A stretch of DNA of 64,000 bases from a virus. Positions 46,901 to 56,900 of the stretch are shown piece by piece. Each line of letters starts with the position of its first letter. The first letter of the stretch is position 1. The notes beneath the pieces were generated by a model. That model ran no database searches, was not told the DNA's origin, and worked only from the letters and a program-made list of their open reading frames with translations. The stretch covers positions 38,450 through 102,449 of IMG/VR virus record IMGVR_UViG_3300050821_005690; one strand, written 5' to 3'. A program made the position numbers and the translations under genes.

Positions 46901-47755
46901 CGGATGAACCTGAAGCCGAGCGGCCGTATGACGTTGGATGATCATCCGATTCTGACCGATGCGTATGGCCGAGGTGGAAGCTTCGACGGGATTACCATGC
47001 AACCTCTCGACCCTGGCGCCGAGACGAAACCGGTAAAGCAAAACTGGAAGTCGAGTGGGTATGTGATCGATGGCGGCCCGCATGACGGCGACCTCATTGC
47101 TTTTGACACGACCGGCGGCTCGCGGGTGGCGCGTGATGCCATGACTGGCGAACAGCTTGACATGAGCGCCATCCGCACGCGCCCAGCGGCGAAAGCGCCG
47201 GGTGCCATGGAATCGCTGGCCAACCGCCTCATGGAGGAAAACCGGAAACAGCGCGAGACCGATCCCTCAATGCCAGAGATGACTTTCGAGCAGGCTCTAG
47301 CTCTCGCGCACCGGGCTCCGAACGAGGATCAAAATACCATCAAGCTTCTCAATTTGGCGGAGCGCGATTGGGCAAATTGGAATAACAACCCCGCAAACAT
47401 GGCAGCGGCGAGGAAGGGAGCCCCAGAATCCACGCTCGACTATTGGGAGCAGCGCTACGGCGTCTCGCCGCGATCTGTGCACTCGCCCGCGCCAGCGCCT
47501 GGAACACCCGCGCCTGCAGCCTCACCACCAACCCCGGCACCTGCAGGAACGGGCACGCCGCCGACGGCTAGGCCCGCACCAACGCCGTCGGCGGCACCAA
47601 CGCTCCCGCCCGGCGTTCCGCCTGGGTCGGAGCACTACCAAAGCAACAAGGGCAAAGAGCGCTGGGTGTCACCGCCGACGGCCGCGGCGCCTAAAGGCAA
47701 TGCCTACGTGCCGGATGGCAAGGGCGGGTGGGTTAACAGCGGGCCGGTCCCGTAA
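43961..47755 (+). CDS. DNA ejection/pilot protein with SleB/Hydrolase_2-like cell wall hydrolase domain
   Basis: TPYQPY.G..VA.F, Y.NPW, GAFGG.R N-terminal region; RTIYGEA...AVANVIRNR...NQFEPWN...TGGATHFY at ~46050-46430. Confidence 0.85.
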   Translation: MCKGSTSTTTQAPSSQAMAAYEQIMQQAQGVAATPYQPYTGQLVAQFTPEQITALNNINQYATSAQPAYAVAGQMAAEAGQPITAADIQQYVNPWTSGVVGATEAEFANTLGMNLNATKGNAISSGAFGGNREGVAEGITSGQVATQEAPVLASLESQGYTQGVNTALSQQQAKLAAAYGLSSVAGAGQQSALTGAQAQFGVGSAAQTTEQAQLNAAYQQYLNAMGYPFQTTGWEAGVAGGIGSLMGGTGTTTTPYTAQQLIGQLGGATTSSIGILGGTGAFGTTGYLNPSSSNSIWNFAHGGAVAALARGGGVSADGVANRTPTVPEAPRTLHAQQRHMVEGHRRAMLFPHGTREIPVAPGMRRTEVNGEVYHYNPRMTHEAEVHGLARAGREHELLGLGPFSKQEVLHRIAGGEVPAAVVERDRDGTEVRGTVGTHVTAPHQWRHFHRTKVPGNTVHIENPEHTLAIRHHHHRADGGMVPGYDLGGATPQAAGVASPNYAIAAPITFSGSPWSGSKLPVPQTQIPHGSLPSPPKQPQQQQQTPSSTNQAQQVGELAKAIQKGMNSPATGVTPAAAGVGAVQTPSGVADVIGSDAALYRRGGRVPQYAEGGGDDDAIYVPPDMPAAAPLNFVSGMPSNGVASDDDTLNQVAARASTHPRDVGPPLALVAPSDGVAPATAGLPPEIAHGNSLKPADRDAAIRTIYGEAADQGPNGQAAVANVIRNRVLDGSYGKSASDVVHAPNQFEPWNTAAGRARMNSMTPEEYESIGNIVDNVWGGKIKDQTGGATHFYAPGAQAALGRNAPNWDDGTGLKIGDHLFFKPGDGAPGTRAMALRASGDEGGDMSAAAYRGVGSGAGAFRPAGRGGIKPDAAGVAPGIDFSQNSKLWPALIMAGGSMMAASRPGTTLGEAVGHGVVSGAQTYEGLKQQEQAAAMNEKKINLESQKLAEELNYHRSHLDIMTKEANTKEAAEKSLADWRQRMNLKPSGRMTLDDHPILTDAYGRGGSFDGITMQPLDPGAETKPVKQNWKSSGYVIDGGPHDGDLIAFDTTGGSRVARDAMTGEQLDMSAIRTRPAAKAPGAMESLANRLMEENRKQRETDPSMPEMTFEQALALAHRAPNEDQNTIKLLNLAERDWANWNNNPANMAAARKGAPESTLDYWEQRYGVSPRSVHSPAPAPGTPAPAASPPTPAPAGTGTPPTARPAPTPSAAPTLPPGVPPGSEHYQSNKGKERWVSPPTAAAPKGNAYVPDGKGGWVNSGPVP

Positions 47756-47917
47756 TGCTGGAGATCTTTCTGCGCGCGCAGCACCCCTGTGTGTTTCTGT
47801 GAAACATTTGCGATTAGCCTTTATCTTTCAGTCCGTTCGTTGCGCGCATCACAAAAATCGGTTGTAGGGCTTCAGATCACGTCCCATCCGTATATGAGTT
47901 CGGCCTTCATTTGATTT

Positions 47918-47950
47918 GTGATATTGGTTCCTCCGGGGATTCTCCGGGGG
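47918..47950 (+). promoter_or_regulatory. late promoter-like motif and hairpin covering the RBS of the giant ORF
   Basis: GTGATAT-N5-CCTCCGGGGA; CCTCCGGGG-ATT-CTCCGGGGG stem ends 5 nt before ATG. Confidence 0.5.
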
Positions 47951-47955
47951 GCATC

Positions 47956-50900
47956 ATGGCCGAACCAGCCAGCAATCCAGCCGACGAAGAGGAAGTCTGG
48001 ACGAAGACGCCAGCAGGTGGCGAGACTTCGGCGCCGGTCTCAGCCGCGCCCGCCGCCGAACCGGCGGAAGAAGAAGTCTGGACGAAGACACCGTCCTGGC
48101 GCGGCTATCCACAGGTCATCGGGTCGGGCGTCGCGCAAGGTGCCATCACCTCGGTTGGCGGGGCGATGCAGGGTGCCGCAGAGCTTCGGCACCCCGACTC
48201 CGAGAACTTCTATACAAGGGCTTTGAAGGTCATCGACCGCGTCGACCGGGGCGAAAGCGTCCCGGAGGACGAAGACATCATCGGCTACCAAAAGCTGGTC
48301 AAGTCCGATGGTTCGCCTGATGTCGAGCACCGGAAGCAGGTGCGATCCGACGCTATGACCTCGGCCGGGATCGCCAAGTCTCCCGAGGCCCCAGCCGCTT
48401 ACGACCCAAGGGAAACGTGGCTCTACAAGACGGGAAAGGAAGTCTCCGAGTACGGCGAACGCAAGTTCCCGATGTCGCAAGAGGAAAAGGAGTCGTACAC
48501 CGGGCGCATTAGCTCTGGCCTCGGCGCTATAGCGCCCCTGGTGGTCGCTGGCGCGGTCGCAGGCCCGGAAGTGGCCATGGGGCTTGGTGCGGCCCAGATG
48601 GGCCTTGGTGCCGCGCACGAGACCGCCGAAGAGGCGCGCGCCAAGGGCGCTTCACCGGAGGCCGTATGGGATGCGGCCGCAACTTCCTTCGGGGTTAATG
48701 CTGCGCTCGGTGCGGTGAAGTTTGATGCCGCGCTCAGGCCGATCAATCGGCTGGCACCAGGGATTTACGACTGGGCGCGCGCTCGCCTGCTGCACGCCAT
48801 GCAGAGTGGTGCGATCTTCACCACTATCGGCGAGGCGCAGGAATGGATCGGCAAGGAGATTGCCAACAAGTTCTATGACGACAAGGCGGGATACAGCTTC
48901 GACATCAAGCGCGTCCTCAGTTCACTTGGCGTCGGCGCGATCGTGGGGCAATTGCATCCGACAAAATACGAAGCCAAGCCTGGAGAGGAAAAGCCCGCGG
49001 CCGAGACGCCTGGAGCGGAAACACCTCCGGCAAAAGGCGGAGAAACCTTCGAGGACATGATGGGTCCTCGGCCCGGGCCGCCGCCGCCGCCGGCCAGAGA
49101 CGATGTGCTTGACGTGGCGCGCGCTAACGGCATCACGCCGGAGGCGTTCGAGGCTCTTGCGCCGGAGGTTCAAAGGAACCTCATACGGGATTTCAAGGGC
49201 GACACATCGATCTTGCCGGAGCAGGATGAGCATCGTCCCGGCGTTCCTGGCGGGCTAAGTGATCCGTCTATCTTTGCGCCCCAAGCCTCGCCTACGGGGC
49301 CAAGCGACTTCCTGCGCGAACGCGGTTTGACCTATGAGCAACTGGCGTCTGCCGACACAAAATATCTGAAGGTTCTTCAGGACGAATGGGCGGCAACGCA
49401 CCCTGACGAACCGTTGCTCAATATCGAGACGTTCAAGCCATCTGATATCCAGGCCGATCCCCAGCGGTTCCAGTTCCGCACCGACCAGATCGATGCAGCG
49501 TCGGGCGTCACCGCGAAGAAGCTTCGCCCTGGTGGCTTTAACCAGACCTTTCCGATGGTGGTCTGGCGCGATCTCGCTGGCAAAGACTTCATCGTTGACG
49601 GTCATCATCGGCTTAATGTCACCAAGCAGATGGAGGCAGCAGGCGAGCCGATCACCGTTCAGGCAATCGTTCTCAGGGAGCAAGACGGCGTCACGCCGCA
49701 AATGGCGAAGGATTTCGGCGAGCGTCGCAACGACTACCGCGACGCTACGGCGGGCGCGCGCCGCATTCCGGGGCTCAATGCGACCCCGCAGGAAATTGCC
49801 GAACTTCAAAACGCTATAGGTCAAAAAGCTCACCCGGAAGAGATTGAGAAGCTTCCGATCGTTCAAAGGGCCTACGCTCTCGGCAATGCGCAAAAGCCGG
49901 TCCAGGATCAGCCCGGCTATGGGTCGCCGGAATATCGTGCCAATCGGGTCTTCAATTTCAATGGCGAGCGGGTTGTTGGTTGGGACAATGCCGTTGACCG
50001 GCTTGAGCAGCGGGCACGCTCGTTTTCGACGGACGGCCCGGTCGCGAATGAGCGACGTGCCTGGATTGTCATGGGACCGGGCGGCGCGGGCAAGTCAACC
50101 GCAGTCATGGACTCGTTAGCGAGGCGTACCCGCTCCGCCATCGTCGATGCCGATGAAGCCAAGCCAACGATGCCGGAATATGCCGGTGGCCTCGGCGCCG
50201 GTGCAGTGCACGAAGAATCGACCGACCTGACTTACGGGCCGCACGGTGTTCTGCCCCGGATAATCCAAAATGGTGCCAATTTTGTCGTTGGCAAGATCGG
50301 CCATAAAGCGTCGAGCATCCGCGAACTCCGGGACGCCCTGAAGGCCGAAGGCTACAAAGTCAGTCTAATCAATGTCGATATTGAGCCGCAGGAGGCGTTT
50401 CGGCGCCGCATGGGCCGTTTCCTGCGGACCGGCCGCATCAACTCGACCGGGTTCCATGGTGATACGAGTTCCGCCAAAGGTGTGGTCACCACTAAAAATT
50501 ACCATATATTGAAGGGAGAAGGTTTCGATGGCTCACTCACGATTGACAACAATCGCCCCGAGCGCCCTTGGGAAGGGTCCGAAGAACTCGCCCGAGAAAT
50601 TGGATTACAACAGCCACGAAGCCCAAGACGAGCGGGATACCAAGAAGATGCTGGCGGGCATACGCTCCAAGGCGAAACGGTTCCCAACCTCAGACCGCAC
50701 CGAGTAGTAGCCGCCGACGGCACGTCGATCGACGTTGTGCCGATTGTCGTCGAAGCCAGTCAGTTACGCACCTCCAAAGATCCTGGATACAATCAGGCGC
50801 TTCAACCGCGTCAGCGCGATCGGGCGGCAGCGGAGGCGCAGGAAAGATACATTGCGGCTAATCTTGATCCTGAACTCTTGGGCCATTCGGCAGAGGCCGA

Positions 50901-53900
50901 CCGAGGCGCCCCGATCGTTGGACCGGACGATCCCGATGTCGAGAGCGGCAATGGCCGCGTCGAGGCGATCAGGCTGGCTTATGGGCAGGAACGAAACGGC
51001 CAGCCGTCGACTGCACAAATCTATCGGAACTGGCTGACGCAGCAGGGCGTCGACGTCTCCCGCTACCGGGAACCCATCCTGGTGCGCAAGCGCATCACGC
51101 CGATGACGCTGGAGCAGCGGCGGGCTTTCACTGTAGCAGCCAATAAGGATACCAAACTTTCGATGTCGATGCCGGAACGGGCGCTGGTCGATGCCCGGAA
51201 CCTTGGCACCGACGCCTTGGCTCTCATTCACAATCCCGACGACCTGGGCGCGGCGATCAACCGGCCGTTCTTCCGCCGGTTCGTCGCTTCGCTGCCGCAG
51301 GCCGAGCAGGGCGGCATGGCGGACGCCAAGGGCAATCTGTCGGCCGAAGGCCTCGCGCGCCTGCGCAACGCTATCCTGGCCAAGGCCTATGGCGATGCGG
51401 GCCTATTGGCGCGGGTGACCGAGTCCACCAACGACGAAGTTAAGTCAATTTCGAATGCGCTGACGGCTGCCGCGCCGCAATGGGCGCGCTTGCGGGCGGC
51501 TGTCGCTGATGGGCGAGTGCGCCCGGACATGGACGCCACGCCGCAATTGATCGAGGCAATAAGCCGGACGGCCGAACTCCGCAGCAAGGGCATCAAGCTT
51601 CACGACTATCTCGCCCAACTGGACGCCTTCGACCGGCCGGAGCCGGAGGTCGAGGACTTCATGCTGGCGTTCTACCATCCGGTGACGCGGCGTGCCGCCT
51701 CCTCGTCGCGCATTGCCGATGAGCTTCGGTTTTTTGCCCAAGAGGCCGCCAAGGTTTCGTCCGAGAAGGGCCTTGATCTGGGGCTAGCGCCAGTTGACCG
51801 CGAGCAACTCAGCAAACTCATGCTCGCTAAGGCAAGGGAGGAATACGAAAATGAGCTACCCGACCGCGATGGCACTCGTGCAGGCGCGCGCGATGAAGAG
51901 GATGGCCGCGAAGTACGCGGACTTAGACCTGGGACGGAGGGCCAATTACCTTCACAAAGAAGCCCTCTTGGCTTTGAAGAAGAGGCAATCCGCGCTCAGC
52001 AACCCACGGCCGACGAACTCCGCGCCCTCCGAAGGCCAGAGAGGCGGCTGAACGCTCGCGATCCGAGCCCGTGGGAGATTCGGAACAGCTACAAGAACAA
52101 AGCGAACACGGCTCTCGCTCACAAGATTTTCCCATTTCTGACCCACATCTCATACGATCGGTTTGCCGCCCATCGCTGGGTCCTCAAGCTTATCGACTTC
52201 AATCCATCGAACGGCGAAGAGGTGGCGAGAGGCCTTGTTAACCATGGCTACATGGCCGAGGGCGCCGCCGCCAAATATCGCAATTCTCCGGCCGATCAGA
52301 GGCGGTACGACGCCGTTTACAAGGCGTTTGCCGACTGGAAGGCGAAGCAAGAGGCAGGGTTGTTCGGCGGAGAAAAGGCGCAGGTCCCGCTGCGGCGCGA
52401 AGATGCGTACTCGGAAAATCAGAAGCTTGTTTATGGCCTGAAGCCTGGGGGAGTCGTCGTTCATGACGCGCTGGAGCTTGCCGTCACGAGACTGCCGGGA
52501 GCGAGCGATAAATATCACGTCGAGGGGTTCAAGACGCCGTTTGCCGCCAGCGGCGCAATTGCAAAGCTAACCGACCTGCAAATGCAGCGGGGGGTAAGGT
52601 CGCCGACCGAGTCCACAGTCCTGAAGGGGCCGAACGCTCCCGCGGTCGAGCCCGGCGCCGAAGGTAAGCCGCAGACCGTCATCCCTGGCGCCGAGCGGAT
52701 CAGCACCGCGGAACTCCTTCGCCGTCGCGCCGCCGAGCCGCTTCGAGCAACCCAGCCGCAGGCAATTCCCGGTGGCCTGTTCGGCAATCTGCTTGGCCAG
52801 ACCGATCTTCTCGACGCCATCCGCAAGGAGCCGCGCGCGCGCAAGGTGTTTGGCCACGAGACCCTGATCGATCAAGCGCTGCGCAAGGTGCCCTTGACGT
52901 CTGGGGAAAATCTGCCCAACTTATTCGGAGAGGTAGAAGATGCTGGACAAAGACCTAGACCTGACCGAGGAAAGGTTCGCCCTGGAGCACAAGCGCTTCC
53001 TGGAGCAGCACAACCCAAGCGTCCTACGCGGGCAAAGCGACCCGGACAGCTATCTCTCTTCGGTGGGGAGGGCGGCGGGGGAGAGGCTCGACCACCTGAT
53101 GTCGCACTACCTCCGGGACAAGGACCTACAGAAGCTATCGGCCCCGAAGAGGGCACTGGCGTTACAAAGCCGCCAGTTCGAGGTGGAGGAAGTGATCAGG
53201 CACGACCTGATCTTCCAACCCCTGCCGGAGGGGCACGACCGCCCGTACGAGTAAAGCCATCGATCCGGCAAGGCCAGCAGGAAGCCGAGCAGAAAATCGC
53301 CGAGCGCTCGCGCTCGAACTATCGCATTACCGATGAGGACGCGATCGGCGAAGGCGGCCCGAAGCAGAAGGTTCGCCAGAACATCGAGGCTATCCGCCTT
53401 CTCAAGCAGATCGAGGACGAGGGCCGTGAGGCGACGCCCGGCGAGAAGGCCATCCTGGTCAAGTACACCGGGTGGGGCCACGTCGCGCAGGATATGTTCG
53501 CGACTACGGGCAATCGCGAAGCCTGGGAGGGCGAGCGCGCTCAGTTACGGGCGCTGCTGACTGACGAAGAACTAGAGGCGGCGCAGGCCTCCACCCCCAA
53601 CGCCCACTTCACCTCGCCCGACGTCATCCGGGGCATGTGGGACGCGATGGACCACCTCGGCTTCGAGGGCGGCAATACCATCGAGCCATCTGTCGGCATT
53701 GGGCATTTCATCGGTCTCATCCCCGACAAGATGGCGCCCAAGACGGCCTGGACGGCGGTCGAGCTTGATCCGATCAGCGCGCGGATCACGAAGGCGCTCT
53801 ATGCCGGGACGGAAGTGAACGCTCACGGATTCGAGGATCTGAAACGACCGGCCAATTATTACGACCTCGCCATCTCGAACGTGCCGTTCGGCAAATATAA

Positions 53901-56900
53901 TTTGCGGGAGAAGCCCTACGGCTCGTTCCCGATTCACAATTTCTTTTTCGTGAAGTCGCTCGACAAGGTGCGGCCGGGCGGCATCGTCGCTTTCATCACC
54001 TCGCGTTATTCCATGGATGCGCCGGAGCACACCGAGTTTCGGCGCTTGTTGGCAAAGACCTCCGATCTGGTCGGCGCCATCCGCCTGCCCGGCGGCAAAG
54101 AGGGCGCGTTTGCTGACAACGCCGGAACACAAGTCACGACCGATCTCCTGTTCCTGCGCAAAAAGATACCCGGTCAGGATTTCGCTAGCGGCCATAAATG
54201 GGACGGGCTGAAGGATATCGAAACCCCGGAAGGCCCCACCAAGATCAACGAGTATTACGTCGCTAATCCGCACATGATGCTCGGCGACATGCGCCTGATC
54301 GGCTCACAGTACGGCCCCAACGAACCCGTGCTGATCGGCGATCCGAACGGGCTGCGCGAGAAGATCGCGGAAGCGGTGGCCAAAAACACCCCGGCTGGCG
54401 CAATGACGCCTCGCACCGAGGCCACGACCGTTGAAAACATTCCCGCGGGCGACATTGATGCGGGCATTAAAGACGGGGCCTTCTTCCTTCAGAACGGCAA
54501 GCTGCATCAGCGGGTCGCCGGACTGGGCGTGCCGAGGGATGTGTTGCCCGCCGATCACGCTCGCATTGAGCGCCTCATCGGCCTTCGCGATCTCTATAAC
54601 GGTCTGCTCGGGGCCCAACTCGGCGGCGAGGGAGATCGGGAAGCCCTGCGCAAGCAATTGCGCGAGGCCTACGATGATTTCGTCAAAGAGCACGGACCGA
54701 TCAATAAGGAAGTCCGCACGGTCACCAAGCGCCTGACCCAGGCAGGCGAGCCCGTCGTTATTACCAGAACGCCGAATCTGCGGACGTTCAAGGAGGACCC
54801 CGACGCGTGGAAGGTGGCATCGCTCGAACACTACGATGCCGAGAAAGACACGGCGAAGCGTTCCGACATTCAAACGCGAGATGTTATCGCTCCCCCGCGC
54901 GAGCGAGAGATCAGAGGGCCTTCTGATGCTCTAGCCGCCTCGCTCAACGACACCGGCGGCATCGACCTCGATCACGTTGCCAACTCGCTCAATGTCGACA
55001 GCCACGATGCTGCCATCTCGGCCCTCGGCAACCTCATCTTCCACGACCCCAACGGACGGCAGTGGAAGACCGCCGACGAATATCTCAGTGGCAACGTCGT
55101 AGAGAAGCTGGAGGAAGCGCGCTCGATCGCGCAAAGCGATCCGTCGTTCCAGCGCAACGTAAAGGCCCTGGAGAAGGTGCAACCGAAGCCGGTCACCGGC
55201 AGCCAGATTTATGCTGGCTTCGGAGCGACATGGATTCCCGGTGAAGTGTACGAGAGCTTCCTGGAGGATCATCTTGGCGCCAGTGATGTTCACGTCCAAC
55301 AGATCCCGATCACCGGCGAGTGGCGCGTCGAGGGCGACACTTTCGCGAGAGATGCGCGCATCAAGTACATCCCGAAGGATCAGAATGGCATTTCGCGTGC
55401 AAACGTCCGTGAGATGGTCTCTGCCGCCCTGAACGGGCGCACCATAACCATCAGGGACAAGATTAAGAATCCTGATGGCAGCACCAGCGAGCGGGTCAAC
55501 ACCGCAGCAACCCAGGACGCCTCTAACAAACTTGAGGCTTTGAAGGAGGCCTTCACCGGCAATCCCCAAGAAGGAATCGACGATTGGTGGTCAAAGGACG
55601 ATGAGCGCCGGCAGCGGATGGAGGGAATCTTCAACCGCACTCACAACAATCTCGCCCCCCGCGAGTTTGACGGCTCACACTTGGAGCTGCCGGGGCTCAA
55701 TCCGATGTTCGCCGAGCGTAAGCATCGCCTCGACGCGATCTGGCGGATTATCCAGCGCGGCAACACCCTGCTCGGGCATGCGGTCGGAAGCGGCAAAACC
55801 GTGACCATGATCGCGGCGGGCATGGAGCAAAAGCGCCTCGGGCTGATCAACAAGCCCGCCTATGTGGTGCCGAACCACATGCTGGAGCAGTTCTCGCGCG
55901 AGTTCCTACAGGCCTACCCGAACGCCAAAATCCTCGTCGCCAGCAAAGAGGAAACGTCTGCGGATCATCGCAAGGCCTTCCTGGCCAAGGTGGCGTCGAA
56001 CGACTGGGACGGCGTTGTCATCACGCACGACGCTTTCGGCCGGATCAACATGGGCCAGGAGTATCGGCGCCAGTTCATTCGCGACCAGATCGGTGAAGCC
56101 ATCCGGGTCATCCAGGCCGAGAAGGCCGAGTCCGGCGCCAAGTCACCCACGGTCAAGCGCCTGGAGGCAGCCAAGAAGCGACTGGAAGAAAAACTGCAAA
56201 AGCTGCTGAACGAAGAGCGCAAGGATGAGGGCACCTCGTTCGAGGAAAGCGGCATCGATCATCTGTTCGTCGATGAGGCGCACCTGTTCAAGAACCTGCA
56301 TTTCTTCACGCGCCTGGGCGGTATCAAGGGTTTGGCCACAAGCGAGGCGCAGCGCTCCGAGGACTTGTTTTTGAAAATCCGATACCTGGAGCAGAAGCGC
56401 CCTGGGCGCTCGGCGGTGTTCGCCTCGGGCACGCCGATCTCGAACACCATGGCCGAAGCCTGGACCATGATGCGCTATCTCCAATTGGACAATCTGCGCG
56501 AGCGCGGCCTTTCGAACTTCGATGACTGGGCCCGGACCTTCGGCCGGATCTCCAAGAAGATGGAGACTTCGCCGGACGGGCGTACGCTGCAGGAAGTCGC
56601 CTCGATGTCCTTCGGCAATGTGCCGGAGTTGGGTGCCCTTTGGAACGAGGTTGCCGACACCAAGACGGCGGACATGCTCAAGCTGCCGCGGCCGGACGTG
56701 GTGCGCGAGAACGGCGAGAAGGGGGTCACGACCGTCGAGGCCGAGCCCTCCCGCCAGGAAGAGGCGGCCATTCAAGCCCTGGTCGCCGAGGCCGAGCATA
56801 TGAGGGCGCACCCGAAGCGGCCGGAGCCGGGCGACCGCATCATGCTCAACATCGTCACGGACGGCCGCAAGGTGGCGACCGATGGACGCCTGCTTGGCGA

